A DNA stretch of 64,000 nucleotides, from IMG/VR virus record IMGVR_UViG_3300034069_002177, positions 96,001 through 160,000 of that record; one strand, given 5' to 3'. The notes beneath the pieces were generated by a model. It was not told the origin of the DNA. It ran no database searches and worked only from the letters and a program-made list of their open reading frames with translations. Shown here piece by piece: positions 47,938 to 59,600 of this stretch. Numbering within the stretch: position 1 is the stretch's first letter; every line of letters begins with the position of its first letter. Source of the DNA: a virus (taxonomy: Duplodnaviria; Caudoviricetes). Position numbers and translations under genes: made by a program.

Positions 47938-48936
47938 GTGACAATCGTGCCTAGCAACAAGATCGCTTGCCTCAACCCCGAGGCTCACCACACTCAGACT
48001 CATATCGCTGGTTCTGCCGCAGCTATTGCCTGCCAGCAGACCAACGGACGCAGTACGAAGATGGCTCACATCGTTGTCCCTCCGCGTCAAGTGCATAAGG
48101 GTAACAACATCGGAAACGTTTCCGTACTCACCAACATCTCCGAGGAAGCCCTGGAGTTCTCTAAGGCGAATATCAAGCGCGAAACCCCTCGTAACGTCGC
48201 TTCTCTTATCGAGGTAGCATCAACAAGCTCTGCTCTTCGTGAACAGTTCAAAGATTTCACCCGTCCTTTCGTCAACTTGGTTCATGACGAAGACTATGCG
48301 GATGCTTACGGCGAGAACGCACTACTTCCCAACCCCCACGATGTAGGTTTCACCTATACCGAGCCTAACGACCAGACTCAGAAGATCATTGACGCTCAAA
48401 AGGCACCTGGGTTCAACGGATTTGTTCAAGCGCTGGCTACGGAGATGGATACCGACTTCGACCAGGCAGCTTCCGCCTACAAGGTAATTGCCGGTTACTT
48501 GGGTGATGAAGACATCGCTAAGGTATATGCCGTTGGTTGCCTTCGTTCCGAATACCTTGACCGCAAGGACGAGGTTGCAGAGATCAATAAGGGCATCAAA
48601 GAACTTGAAGCTCTTTTCAATGAAGAGGTGGACGACGGAACTAAGGTCGGCAAGCACGGTATCGGTTTTGCTGACGGTGACGGCGTTCAGTTCACCCCTG
48701 CTCGTCAGTTCAACTACGATGACGCCGCTCCGCTTCCCTTGGATGACCTCGAAGGCGATGAGCGTGCTGAGGCTGTCGAATACAACAAGAATCGACTTTC
48801 TCAGGACGCCTATAAGAGCATCATTAAGTCTTGGGAGCCCAAGTATGAGCCCCTAGCTAAGATCGAGAAGACCCTAGAAAAAGAAGACTTTGACAAGTTC
48901 GTCACCTTTGGCTCGACCAAATTGACTGTCAAGTAA
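47938..48936 (+). CDS. Hypothetical protein with an N-terminal Cys/His cluster
   Basis: AAGGAG RBS; IACLNPEAHHTQTHIAGSAAAIAC. Confidence 0.75.
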   Translation: MTIVPSNKIACLNPEAHHTQTHIAGSAAAIACQQTNGRSTKMAHIVVPPRQVHKGNNIGNVSVLTNISEEALEFSKANIKRETPRNVASLIEVASTSSALREQFKDFTRPFVNLVHDEDYADAYGENALLPNPHDVGFTYTEPNDQTQKIIDAQKAPGFNGFVQALATEMDTDFDQAASAYKVIAGYLGDEDIAKVYAVGCLRSEYLDRKDEVAEINKGIKELEALFNEEVDDGTKVGKHGIGFADGDGVQFTPARQFNYDDAAPLPLDDLEGDERAEAVEYNKNRLSQDAYKSIIKSWEPKYEPLAKIEKTLEKEDFDKFVTFGSTKLTVK

Positions 48937-48944
48937 GACCCTTC

Positions 48945-48984
48945 AACTAAATGGTCCCTGTAGAGATACAGGGACCATTTAGTT
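48945..48984 (+). terminator. Intrinsic terminator
   Basis: Perfect 18-bp stem AACTAAATGGTCCCTGTA / TACAGGGACCATTTAGTT with a GAGA loop and T tail. Confidence 0.88.
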
Positions 48985-49048
48985 TTTCCTTGTGTTACCT
49001 GAGCGAAGTGCTACGATGTGCATTCAACACAAGCTGCTGAGGAAATTG

Positions 49049-50305
49049 ATGGCACAGAGAGATAACCGCGACTTTGGCGAACTCCGCGAAACCGCACCAA
49101 CAGATCAAGATTTTTACCGTGCTCTAGGTGAAAAGATGGGTCGTAGTCGATCCACTACCGGCAAGAGAGTTGCTGCTATCGGCGTGTGGGTGGTCGTCAT
49201 TGCATTCTTGGCTTTAACGGTTCTGAGCGCATTCCAAGTGAATACCAACCGCAACGGAACAGTCAAGCTTCAGGGGATGATTACGACTCAGTACAACCCT
49301 TCGTTTAAAACGCGCTATTCTGATCTTGGTAAAGAAATCATCAATAGCTGGTATGACACCAACGTCTCTCCTGCGCCAGTGCAGCTTGCTGATGGAGTAT
49401 CCTGGCCGCACACGGGTACGAGCGACCTCACTGATATCGAAGCCAACAATCAGGCAATCGCGAGCAAAGCGGACTACACCCCTTCCATCACTGTGCGTAA
49501 CGTCACTTACATTGGCGGTCGTCAAGAAAAGTCGCCCACTGTTGATGGTCAGTTCTATGAAATCGACATGTACTCGGCTTATGTCGATGGAACGCTCAGT
49601 AACATTTCCGTTACTCTTACCATCCCAAGCCTAGACGACTACACAACCCTTCCCACTTTGATGAACGAGCCGTCTATTCTTCCTAGCACCGCTTCTGTCG
49701 GCAAGCCGACCACTAGCGATGCGCCCAACTGGCGTGGAGTTTCGGCTACTGACAATTTCACCACGCAGCTAGAGTCATGGGCTGCCGCTTACACCGCAAA
49801 TGATTCATCTGCACTCAAGCAGATTACCGGTGATAACAGTGGAAGCTTCTACGTAGGTGCTGTATCCGACAAGACGTGGCAGTACATCAAAGACTCCGCA
49901 AAGGTTGTCTGGATCAAGGAAAACAACGGAAACACCAATGAAGCTGTTGCTCAGGTTACCTGGCAGATGAAGCTTCCCGACACTACCGTTGATGACCCCA
50001 ACAGCGACGACAGCAGCGATACTATCACCCAGACTGGCGCTACTCAGACGCAGCGTCTTGAGATCCTCATCAAGAGCCCCGGTAGTGGTCTTCCGCTTAT
50101 TGTTGCCTGGGGTCCAGTTGGAAGCTACGCAACTCTTACCGAGGACACCAACAAGTTGACCCAGGACGAGTACAACGCGATCACTGGATCTGTCACTTCC
50201 GATGGCGGCTCAGACTCTGGGAGCGGTACCGATAGTGGAACTACCAGTGATAATGGAAGTACACCTGCACCGACCGATTCAAGTACCGGAAAACCTTCGG
50301 ACTAA
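49049..50305 (+). CDS. TcpC/VirB8-like bitopic conjugation protein
   Basis: N-terminal TM helix and two alpha/beta extracytoplasmic lobes (W..AY...D...L..I); first gene of the VirB4 cluster. Confidence 0.55.
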   Translation: MAQRDNRDFGELRETAPTDQDFYRALGEKMGRSRSTTGKRVAAIGVWVVVIAFLALTVLSAFQVNTNRNGTVKLQGMITTQYNPSFKTRYSDLGKEIINSWYDTNVSPAPVQLADGVSWPHTGTSDLTDIEANNQAIASKADYTPSITVRNVTYIGGRQEKSPTVDGQFYEIDMYSAYVDGTLSNISVTLTIPSLDDYTTLPTLMNEPSILPSTASVGKPTTSDAPNWRGVSATDNFTTQLESWAAAYTANDSSALKQITGDNSGSFYVGAVSDKTWQYIKDSAKVVWIKENNGNTNEAVAQVTWQMKLPDTTVDDPNSDDSSDTITQTGATQTQRLEILIKSPGSGLPLIVAWGPVGSYATLTEDTNKLTQDEYNAITGSVTSDGGSDSGSGTDSGTTSDNGSTPAPTDSSTGKPSD

Positions 50306-50394
50306 CAAAACCATCCCCGCCCCGGCTATTGAAAGATAGCCGGGGCACAAGAACCAACACAGCGAACTGCAATTAGGGTAGGATACGAGCAATT

Positions 50395-53157
50395 ATGGCA
50401 AACGACGAAGAAGAAAAGAAGAAGAGCCTTGCGAGAGGCTTCATCGACTACGTAATCAAGAGCAACGAAGAATCATTAGGGCATGGTCCTTATGGTGCCG
50501 AGTCCGACAGTCACGTTGACGCGAAACCGTATGTCGAGTATTACCAGAATGGCATCTTCGAGGGCTATGACGGTTCTATCTGGAAGTATTACAAGTTCCC
50601 CGCTGACGTTCAGACGGAGTGGCTGAAGAACCCAGAGAACATCATCTACAACCAGAAGTTCTTCACTCAGGCAATCACGGAGTTCGGTACGTTCTTGAAT
50701 GCTCAGTTGGAAAAGACCCGTAATGACATCCGGCGTCCCTTCCACATCCAAATCACGCAATCCGAGTCAACTGGAATTCGTATCCCCAGTGAGCAGGATG
50801 ACCGTGAGGGCAAGGTAACCCAGAAGACTCGCGATTACCTCAAGCGTATGACGGACGGATACACCCGACCAATCTGGCATCAGTACATGGGAGTTCGCCT
50901 TATCCCCGGAACCTTGTTCGGTGACGCATTCGGCATTACCGAAAAGGTCCGTCGATACATCGAAATTATGACCAATCCAGGTGAGATCGACCTCGCTTCT
51001 ATGAGCCGTGACCTTCATGATGTGGACAACATTATGTATGGTGCTGGTTTTAGCGAACTGGACTTCATCGCAAACCCCGAAGACTTCGAGCAGCTTACCG
51101 CTTGGTATGGCGTCTCGGACTCTCAGTTCAACCTTTCTCGCTCGCTACAGACGACGCGTATGAAAGAACCTCTGTCAGGTATGTCTGTCATTACTCCCAA
51201 GTACCAAGAAATCCAGCTATTTGCGTTGAAGCCCCGCGAAGGTGTCAACTTGAAGGATCCCCTAGATCCCGATGCAGCATGGGCTAAGCCTTTATACCGA
51301 CCGACTTCTGAAGTTGTCATGATCAGTATTCGCGGTCAGATTCGTGCCCCGAAGATTGCTGAGAACCTTCTTGAACTGAAAAACATTCGCAAAAATGAAG
51401 CCGGTCGTAAGCTTGGTGACACGTCACGACACGAGGTTGCAGGAATGATTTCTGACCTTGATGCCATCGAGAGGGCTCGATACGTCATCAATGAATACAA
51501 GCTTCCAATGCTCGATAACCTCGAAATTGTTATGGCTGCTAAGGTTAAGGGCGACGGCATTACGAACCAATTGTTCAATAGCCTAAAGAGCTATGACATG
51601 GAGGCTAATCTCCTCGTTGGTCGTCAGCCATTGGGTATTATGGCGTCACTTCCGACATATCCTCGTCAGACTCTGCGTGTTCCTCGTGGCAACACTAAGC
51701 GTCCAGAACTTTCCAACGTCATGCTTCCAGGAATGCTCGCTATGAGCGGACTTTTCCGCAGCACCAAGCCTTGTGCCAACTTTGGTATTCTTGTGGGACT
51801 TGCAACTGCTGGGCACTCGTATGAGGAAATCATGACCGAGGTTGATGGCGCAGCTAAAAATAACCGCGTTCCTGGTATGCTCATCACTGGTCGTCCTGGT
51901 GCCGGTAAGACGCAGCAGCTTCTCCAAATGTCAATTCAAATTGCCAACATGGGTCTCCCTGTTGCCTTCTTCAACCCGAAGAAGGAGAGTACGTTGAAGC
52001 CGACATTTGATCACATTCACGGAATCACGATTTCGATGGAAACCGCTTATCTTGACCAGAACCCCGGTCTTCTTGACCCGGTATTCTTCCTTAAGAACCG
52101 TGGTGACGTTGCTGACCTCGTTTCCGATGCCATTCTTACGGCTAACCGCATGTATGAAGACCGTGGAGCTTCCGCTTCTCAGCGTCGTACCAAGGTTTCA
52201 TCTGAAATTCGTGACCGTGCTCTCGACAAGAGAAACAGAACAACTTTCGACATTTTGTTCGGAAATAAGGCTGTAGGAACCACGGCGATTACTGACACTG
52301 ACATTCTCGACTTCGTTCGCAGCAAGATCAGCATTAGTGCGTTCTGGAAGGCATTCATTGCTCCTACCGCAACAAGCTCGGAATTGCAAAAGCAGATTAC
52401 CAGTGGTCGCTCATTCCTTATGGAATGGGGTAGCTCAATGAAGCTTCCTGACGCGTCCAAGGTTCCCAACGACTACACAGACCCCGAGATTGACACCGTT
52501 CTTTCTATCAACGTTACATTCAAGTACGCCGCCGAGGTTGTTGGAGGCGGTCAGGGTGGCGCGATTGTGGTTGACGAGTCGTGGGTATTGAAGCAGTCTC
52601 GTGAAGCTATGGCTATCCTCACCAAGGGTGGTCGTGAATGGCGTCAGGCTAACATCATGCTTATTATGGGTACACAGCGAATCATTGACTGGATCGATGC
52701 TCGGTCTGAGAAATCAAGCGGCAGTGGTGGAGGCGCAAGCAACATGTCTTCATATTTCGACCGTTACCTCTTCATGGCTATCAACGAAGCTGACGAGAAC
52801 GAATTGTCGGCGTACTTCGAGTTGACGGGTCTTCCCGACACCGATGCGAACCGACGCTGGATTATCGAAGCTGGTCCTCGTAAGGATGGAAAACTTCCTA
52901 ACGGTTACTACATCGACAACATTTACAACTGGGCTGGCGGACTCGTTTGTGGACCCTGGCCGCAATATGAACTCGACTTGGGTCGTACTGACAAGGAGGG
53001 TCTTGCCATGAAACAAAGAGGCGCGGCTACAAAGGCTCAACAGTCTTTCGCCAAGGCAGCGTCTTCGGGCGGTTATGGCGGCGCTTTACTTGATGTTATG
53101 AGCAATGACAACGATTTGGTTTCTGAGTTCGAAGAAAAAGAAGACGTAAACGCGTGA
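50395..53157 (+). CDS. VirB4-like (TcpF/ConE-type) conjugation ATPase
   Basis: LITGRPGAGKT, FFNPK, IVVDESW and GREWR; 920 aa. Confidence 0.85.
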   Translation: MANDEEEKKKSLARGFIDYVIKSNEESLGHGPYGAESDSHVDAKPYVEYYQNGIFEGYDGSIWKYYKFPADVQTEWLKNPENIIYNQKFFTQAITEFGTFLNAQLEKTRNDIRRPFHIQITQSESTGIRIPSEQDDREGKVTQKTRDYLKRMTDGYTRPIWHQYMGVRLIPGTLFGDAFGITEKVRRYIEIMTNPGEIDLASMSRDLHDVDNIMYGAGFSELDFIANPEDFEQLTAWYGVSDSQFNLSRSLQTTRMKEPLSGMSVITPKYQEIQLFALKPREGVNLKDPLDPDAAWAKPLYRPTSEVVMISIRGQIRAPKIAENLLELKNIRKNEAGRKLGDTSRHEVAGMISDLDAIERARYVINEYKLPMLDNLEIVMAAKVKGDGITNQLFNSLKSYDMEANLLVGRQPLGIMASLPTYPRQTLRVPRGNTKRPELSNVMLPGMLAMSGLFRSTKPCANFGILVGLATAGHSYEEIMTEVDGAAKNNRVPGMLITGRPGAGKTQQLLQMSIQIANMGLPVAFFNPKKESTLKPTFDHIHGITISMETAYLDQNPGLLDPVFFLKNRGDVADLVSDAILTANRMYEDRGASASQRRTKVSSEIRDRALDKRNRTTFDILFGNKAVGTTAITDTDILDFVRSKISISAFWKAFIAPTATSSELQKQITSGRSFLMEWGSSMKLPDASKVPNDYTDPEIDTVLSINVTFKYAAEVVGGGQGGAIVVDESWVLKQSREAMAILTKGGREWRQANIMLIMGTQRIIDWIDARSEKSSGSGGGASNMSSYFDRYLFMAINEADENELSAYFELTGLPDTDANRRWIIEAGPRKDGKLPNGYYIDNIYNWAGGLVCGPWPQYELDLGRTDKEGLAMKQRGAATKAQQSFAKAASSGGYGGALLDVMSNDNDLVSEFEEKEDVNA

Positions 53158-53243
53158 TAGGTTTACGCCCAAAATGTCTTAGAGGGGTCAAGCGTTTGCT
53201 AAGCTTCCGAAAGATGAACGAGAGAATTGGCTAGGTAAGGGTA

Positions 53244-55511
53244 GTGGCAAAGAAAGTAGCCTTTGTTGGATTTGGGGCAGTACAAGGTACTGACGCCCAG
53301 AGAGTGGCGAATGCATTAGGTGTTGAACCTGTTCAGCAGCTTGGATTCTTCGACTCAATCAACGATGCTGCACAATTCGTTGTAACCAAGGTGGACGGTA
53401 AAGTTACCGCCATCACTGGTTCCGAAGTGTATGTATCGGCTGAAGCTAGCGATGACACCATCTCTAAAGCACGACGTATTCGTTCTGTCGGAGTTGCTGT
53501 AAATTTGGACTGGGAGCCATTCAAGAATTCTCCTTACTCCGAGAACGCATTGCGTTCATGGATTGATGATGGCGAATGGTCTGATGATTCTGCCAATGTA
53601 GACGCTAACACGCAGTTCGTCATGCCTTCGTACGTTGATGATTCCGAAGAGCCAGAAAGTTACGTAGATACTCAGTATGCTCCGGTACCTGCTTCGGTTC
53701 CCCAAGCAGACCAGAATTACGGTTACGATACCAACGGCGAAGGTGCTTATGCCGAGCAGGCTGCACCTCAGTTCGAGGCACCTTCTGATGTCGCACCTCT
53801 CCCAATCATTCCTGTAGATCAGGGTGGATACACCTCTCCTGATTATTCACAGGACGGTTATGTTCAGGATGGATATGCCAATCAGAACGAAGAGCCGCAG
53901 TTTGACGCTGGAAACTATGTACCTGACTACGCAACCAATGAAGTTGCTGCTCCTGATGCTCCCGTTTACGAAGAAGTGCCTATTTTCGATGGTGGGGTTC
54001 CTACCCCGGCTGAGGAACCGCGTTATGAACTAGAGGATTCGCAGGAGCAAAGTGCCGCACCTGTTCCTATGGCGAGCTTCCTTACTGCTGGTCCGATTCC
54101 GGTACAGGAAGAAACGCCATATGAGTCTAATGACGGCTACTCCAATGACGGCTATGCTCAGCAGCCGGTTCCAGAATACAATCCTGGCAATGAGTACGCT
54201 TCGCAGGATTATGCTCAGCAAGAAACTCCTGACTACAATCAGTACACTGCTGTCCCTGAAGAGCCCAGCTATGACGCTCCGCAGTATGGTAATGACGGTT
54301 ATGCTGATGCTAACTCCTATCCTCAGGAGCCTCAGGAATACGTTGACTACAATCAACTTCCAGAGCCTTCCTACGAACAGCAGCAGGAACCTCAAAGCTA
54401 CACCACTCCTGAGCCGACTCCTGTGCCTCAGTACGTACCGGAAGAGCGACCCGCATCTGCTCCTTCTGTAGGTGGATACACAGCGCCCACTCCTGGCTCG
54501 TCATTCATCCAGCAGTCTCCTACGCCAGCGCCGCCTACTTCTCAGTACCAGCGTGAGCGTTCGATGTTTGATCAGGTTCCTGCTGGGGCAAACAATGACT
54601 TCGAAAGCCGCACTGGCGGAAAGATTGTCTACGTCACCGGCTCGCACGGTGGTGCAGGTAAGACGACCACGGCTTGGACTTTGGCTTCGCTTGTTGCCGT
54701 TTCCATGAAGAAAGCTGGCAACGAAGACATCTCGGTATGGCTCATCGAGTCTGATTACCGTAACTCGAAGCTCGCGCAGCGTCACAACATCGACCCCAAC
54801 CGTACTTCCGGGCACCTCGCGTCGATGCTTGAATGGTTGAACGACCAGTCCGGTATCGTTGATGATCTTCCTGCGAAAAAGGCTCACGCTATTGCTCAGT
54901 CCACTCACCGCTTGGAAAATGGACTGAACATCATTGCCTGTCCTTACGACACAACGAAGCGTGATACCAAGTACATTCAGCAGGCTGTTTTCCAGGCTGC
55001 TCAGTACGCAAAGATGCAGGGTGGAATCGTCTTCATCGACGCCGACACCATCAGCAACGATGACATCATGGATTCTAAGCTTGCTAAGGCTGCCGACCGA
55101 GTTGTCATCGTCTCTGACGCTGGTACCGAGCACATTGACGACCTCAAGAGGGCTGCACGCATTCTCACTACGCCCGTTATCAACGGCGGTCTTGGCGTAT
55201 CGATGCCTGCAATTACTGTTCTTCTGAACAAGACCGGTCCTACCGAGTTCAAAAACGTCGAAGACAGTGGAATTTTGGCACCTTTGGCGCTAGGTGGATA
55301 CCTACCGTTCATCCCAGAATGGGCAACTGGCTGGGTTGGTTCTTTGACAAATACTGAGACCTTCCAGAATGCTGTTGTTCTGTTCGCTCGCTTCTTCAAT
55401 GGAATTGTTCCTTTGCAGGAACTCCACCAATGGCAGAACTACCGCGCTACTGGAACCAGCAAGAAGGGCGGCGGAGGTTGGATTCGTCGCATCTTCTCTG
55501 GAAGAAAGTGA
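53244..55511 (+). CDS. CpaE/TadZ/MinD-like P-loop protein with a long acidic Pro/Tyr/Gln linker
   Basis: VTGSHGGAGKTT, WLIESD and IDAD; about 350-aa low-complexity middle region. Confidence 0.75.
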   Translation: MAKKVAFVGFGAVQGTDAQRVANALGVEPVQQLGFFDSINDAAQFVVTKVDGKVTAITGSEVYVSAEASDDTISKARRIRSVGVAVNLDWEPFKNSPYSENALRSWIDDGEWSDDSANVDANTQFVMPSYVDDSEEPESYVDTQYAPVPASVPQADQNYGYDTNGEGAYAEQAAPQFEAPSDVAPLPIIPVDQGGYTSPDYSQDGYVQDGYANQNEEPQFDAGNYVPDYATNEVAAPDAPVYEEVPIFDGGVPTPAEEPRYELEDSQEQSAAPVPMASFLTAGPIPVQEETPYESNDGYSNDGYAQQPVPEYNPGNEYASQDYAQQETPDYNQYTAVPEEPSYDAPQYGNDGYADANSYPQEPQEYVDYNQLPEPSYEQQQEPQSYTTPEPTPVPQYVPEERPASAPSVGGYTAPTPGSSFIQQSPTPAPPTSQYQRERSMFDQVPAGANNDFESRTGGKIVYVTGSHGGAGKTTTAWTLASLVAVSMKKAGNEDISVWLIESDYRNSKLAQRHNIDPNRTSGHLASMLEWLNDQSGIVDDLPAKKAHAIAQSTHRLENGLNIIACPYDTTKRDTKYIQQAVFQAAQYAKMQGGIVFIDADTISNDDIMDSKLAKAADRVVIVSDAGTEHIDDLKRAARILTTPVINGGLGVSMPAITVLLNKTGPTEFKNVEDSGILAPLALGGYLPFIPEWATGWVGSLTNTETFQNAVVLFARFFNGIVPLQELHQWQNYRATGTSKKGGGGWIRRIFSGRK

Positions 55512-55611
55512 AAATAATTTCACGAGTTTCTCGATAATGAGATTCTAACCTGTGAATTTGCCTATAATTATGAATAGTCGTCCTATTGGTCTATTGAAAG
55601 GTGTATGACTC

Positions 55612-55947
55612 ATGTCAAATCTACTCGCTGCCGCTAATTCTAGCGTAACCTCGTTTGCTGCTACGATCCCCACGTTCACGTGGACCCCTCCCCAGGGTCT
55701 CGTTGACGCATGTACAAAGGTTGGCTTCGTGCTTGCTGTTATTTGGGTGTTGTTCATCCTGTTCCAGTTCGCACTTCCTTCCAAGCAGGGTGGTGGACGT
55801 AAGCTTAGCCGTATCGGTGTCATGGGATTCTTGGGTGCTGGCGCACTCATCCTCTTGCTCTTCAACATTGCTTCTCTGCCAGCAATCATTAACTGGATCA
55901 TCCAGGTAATCAACTACATCGCTGGTCTGTTCTCTACTATTAAGTAA
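55612..55947 (+). CDS. Small hydrophobic VirB2/pilin-like protein
   Basis: 111 aa with two to three hydrophobic helices; located between the ATPase and VirB3-like genes and followed by a hairpin. Confidence 0.55.
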   Translation: MSNLLAAANSSVTSFAATIPTFTWTPPQGLVDACTKVGFVLAVIWVLFILFQFALPSKQGGGRKLSRIGVMGFLGAGALILLLFNIASLPAIINWIIQVINYIAGLFSTIK

Positions 55948-55980
55948 GCCCTACCCAATTCGCCAATAGTAGAACGAACG

Positions 55981-56019
55981 GAAGGCGGCAATCGGTCAAT
56001 TCGGCTGGTTGCCGCCTTC
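55981..56019 (+). terminator. Hairpin after the pilin-like gene
   Basis: GAAGGCGGCAATC / GGTTGCCGCCTTC. Confidence 0.65.
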
Positions 56020-56059
56020 TGGTGTTCTACAATGAACCAATCACGAGACGAAAGACACA

Positions 56060-56686
56060 ATGGCATCATCATCTTCAACTCCAGAGTCTAGAGCACTCGC
56101 AAATGGCGTAATGAGTCTCAACTCTGTATTCGTTGTACGCAACAAGAAAAGACGACTCTTCAAACGCTCTACCATCCGGCTCTCGCTTGCTGAAATGGTA
56201 TGGATTGCCATTTCCACGCTCGGTCTCGGACTCATCATCTTCGGTGTTATTCGGGGTGTATCGGGCATCCCTGGTCTTCGATCCGTCATCTCGTATTATC
56301 TGATGATCCTTGCACCTATCGGTGGTTTCATTATCGGTCGTCAAATTGCTCGCACAAGTCCCTACCGGCGATACAGCGGTGAGGGTCTCAACGAATACCT
56401 TTGGGTACAGCGTGACAAGATTGGTAAAGAAGTTGGGCGTGTATTCGGTCGAGGCGTCTCTATCACTCGATCAATGGCAACAGTTGACGGTAGAAAAATT
56501 CCCGTGAACTGTGTAGAGTGGCTCGGTACCTCCCGAGCGACATCTATGCCAAGACCCGTAAACAAGTTTTATTCGCCTTCTAGGAACGAGAAGGCTGACT
56601 TCGTGTACCTTAGTCTAGTACCGCGCACCGAGGCAACAAATTGGTCTAAGCGTTACCAGCAAAAGCGCGCAAGAAACTGGGAGTGA
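56060..56686 (+). CDS. TcpE/VirB3-like membrane protein
   Basis: Two TM helices followed by G..L.EYL and a basic tail; position within the T4SS cluster. Confidence 0.5.
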   Translation: MASSSSTPESRALANGVMSLNSVFVVRNKKRRLFKRSTIRLSLAEMVWIAISTLGLGLIIFGVIRGVSGIPGLRSVISYYLMILAPIGGFIIGRQIARTSPYRRYSGEGLNEYLWVQRDKIGKEVGRVFGRGVSITRSMATVDGRKIPVNCVEWLGTSRATSMPRPVNKFYSPSRNEKADFVYLSLVPRTEATNWSKRYQQKRARNWE

Positions 56687-56689
56687 TTC

Positions 56690-59600
56690 GTGATTCGTAA
56701 GGTCTTAAGCGGAATCAGGCGTCACCGTCTTTTCGTTTACATGTTCGTGGCAGTAGCCGTTTTGGGTGTTGCCGTATCCGCCAGTCTTACCAGCGATCCC
56801 AGTCAATCAATGGCTGTCAACACGCCTGCGACAGTAACTTCCGTGAACCATGTTGCCGCTGACTACTACCACAACTCGGTTGCTAATGCTGTTCAAAATG
56901 TGCAAGAAACTAGTGCATCCAGCTACAAGCAAGCGGCGGCATCTGATGGTCAATACAGCAGCGTACCGGCTCTTAAATCTCACCTACAGGGCGCAAACGC
57001 AACCAAATTGGACTCGCTCAATTACTTTGCGTTTTCTCGGTGGGCTACCGTCACGTTACTACCTGTTCCAGCCGTAGGTTTTGCCAATATCGGCTCACTA
57101 GTAGTCGCAGCATTTGTCTCTTTGGCTAATCTACTTTTCACTATCGGAGCTATCGTTCTCCTTGGTGTAGGTCTTTTGATGCTTCTGATTACCAGCATCA
57201 ATCTTCTTACGGCATTTTTGCCTACCATCGACTGGTTCTTTGCTCAACTGGGAGGTCAGTGGCTTACCAACCCTAGCGGCGGTGGCGGAACCGGAACCAT
57301 AGCCAGCAGCTTCCAGGGCGCTTCTCCATTTTTCATTGCCATATTCCTGATGGTCATTGCCGTCGCAATTCGGCTATCTCCATTAGCTAATAAGGACAGA
57401 TCTCTTTTAGGTGACATCGTTATCTCTGCTGTAGCAATTGCCGCACTCATGACGATTTCTACCGCATCTACAAAAGACTGGAACAACTCAAACAGCAATA
57501 AGGTAGACGCTATCAATGGGAATACAGGCTCCTCCATCCCACTAGGATCCAATGTCGCCGCCTCACTTTCTGTCGATGGCGGAGATCCGTCTAATTATCA
57601 AAAAGCGTCCTTCGGCTGGTTCCTGGCTAATGGAAGCGATATTGTCGATGGCGCAGTCAACTTCGCTGGTGGTCTTATTACTTCCATTACCTCCGGTTTG
57701 GGCGCTATCTCCAATAGCGGCACTACCACCGCGCCTGCTGGTTCAAGCTGCTACAACTACCTCAACACTGGTATGCATGGCATCGCTTCAGATGTGCTTG
57801 AAAACAAAAAGGGTATTGCGTTCATTGGAAAGACCAGCACTCAATCGATTCTCTCCTTTGATAGCCTCGTTTACACCGTACTTTATCGACCAGCCGCTGA
57901 GGCTTCTTACGGAGCGAATGCCTCCGGCGATGCTACATGGTGTCGTATGTGGGAATCTGCTCGTGGGTCGGACCCGGTAGATCAAGCTTATATCGCTCGA
58001 ACTGCAAATATGTACTCAGACGCATTGAGTAACAATACTGATGCCAAAGACGGCGGAGATGGCATTCTAAAGGTAGACGGCGGTTGGGCAGATTCTGACG
58101 GTGGAAACAATGCCGTGAATGGTCATGCCAAGCTCGCGGGATTCTTTGGAAACACCCTTTCTACGTCTAAGGGTACGACAGCGTTTAAGTTCTACTGGGC
58201 TGCATGTTCGTTTGAAGGCAATGGACGGGTAAAGGTTTCTTCCGCATTCACTAATGCCCTTGGTACAGCCAAGAAAGATGACGATTCACCAGATGGTAGC
58301 AAGGGCGACAAGCTGAGTGATGGTGACTGCCAAACTGTGCTTCAAACTGCGGATAGCAGCAGCGGCTACATTTTCGGTGCCAAAAACAAAGATAACGACT
58401 CCATGAAAAATCTGAGCCCCTTCGCTTGGACTCAGGACGACAAATTGTTCACATTGTTCTTTATTGGATTCTCTGTTCCGGCAGATACCAGCACAGAACT
58501 CGCAAATGCTGACATGAATGGCTCGGAAGCCATCAACTTCTTCAAGATGGTCTACGGTTCAAGCGCAGGAAACGTTTGGCCAGCCGCCATCGTTGCTGTT
58601 GTGGGTACCATTATGATGTCTATTGGTCTTCTTCCGATGCAGGTTGGTGCATTGATCTTGCAGATGATTTCTGTTCTTTCTCTTATCGCCTTCCCCATTG
58701 TTCTGTTGGTGATGATTGTTCCTATCAGAGCGGGAAGAAAAGCATTCTTTACGATTCTCAAGCTATTCATTTCATCCAAGCTCGTACAGCTAATCTTCGT
58801 AACCTTCATCGCTATTGCTATCGCGATCATCAACCTTTTGACGATTGCGTTCGGTACCGTTCTCAATGTATCTCTCATCGGAGGAAACGCATTTACGGGA
58901 GATGGCACGCCACTCGGAACCTTCATTAAGGCTATTTTGAACGCAGTCGCCATCGGAATCGCTTTCTACGGAACCAAGAAGCTGCTTAGAGATGTCTTTA
59001 AGGCTGATGTCACGACCATCAAGGGTGCTATGTCCGTTGGTCAGAACATGGCTAGTACCGCCGTCAACGGTGGAGGCTTGCGCGAGATGGGTCTTGGGCA
59101 ACTTAAGTCGCCAGTACGTGGTGGTGCCGCTGGTACGGGTGGTTTCGGAAATGCTAACCTTCCTGAAGGATTGGGCAAGAACACTGGTGCTGACAACGAG
59201 CCGCGTCAGCCTGAAATGCCCAAGCGTCAGGACGAAAAGCAGGCTCCTGAAGATCCCAAGCAGAAGCCCAATGAAACCGCAGAGGGTGCTGCTGGCTTGG
59301 CAGGTGGCATCGCTGGTGTTGCTGGTGGTGCATCAGGCGGAGCAGGAGGTAGTGCGCTTGGTGATGTCGCTGGTGGCGCAGTGGCTGGCGGGTTTGCAGG
59401 CGGCGCTCCTGGCGCTCTCGCGGGCGGTTCTATCGAGGTTCCTGCCGCCGCATCGAAGTCGATTCAAGGCACCGTTGGTGATGGCATGAAGAACGCTCCT
59501 ACCGAGGGTCCGAATTCCAGAAACCCTGAAGCTCCCGTACCTAACGATCAGATGCTCACGGAAGAACAGCGTAAGGAAGCTGCCGAGAAGACTGAGGGTA

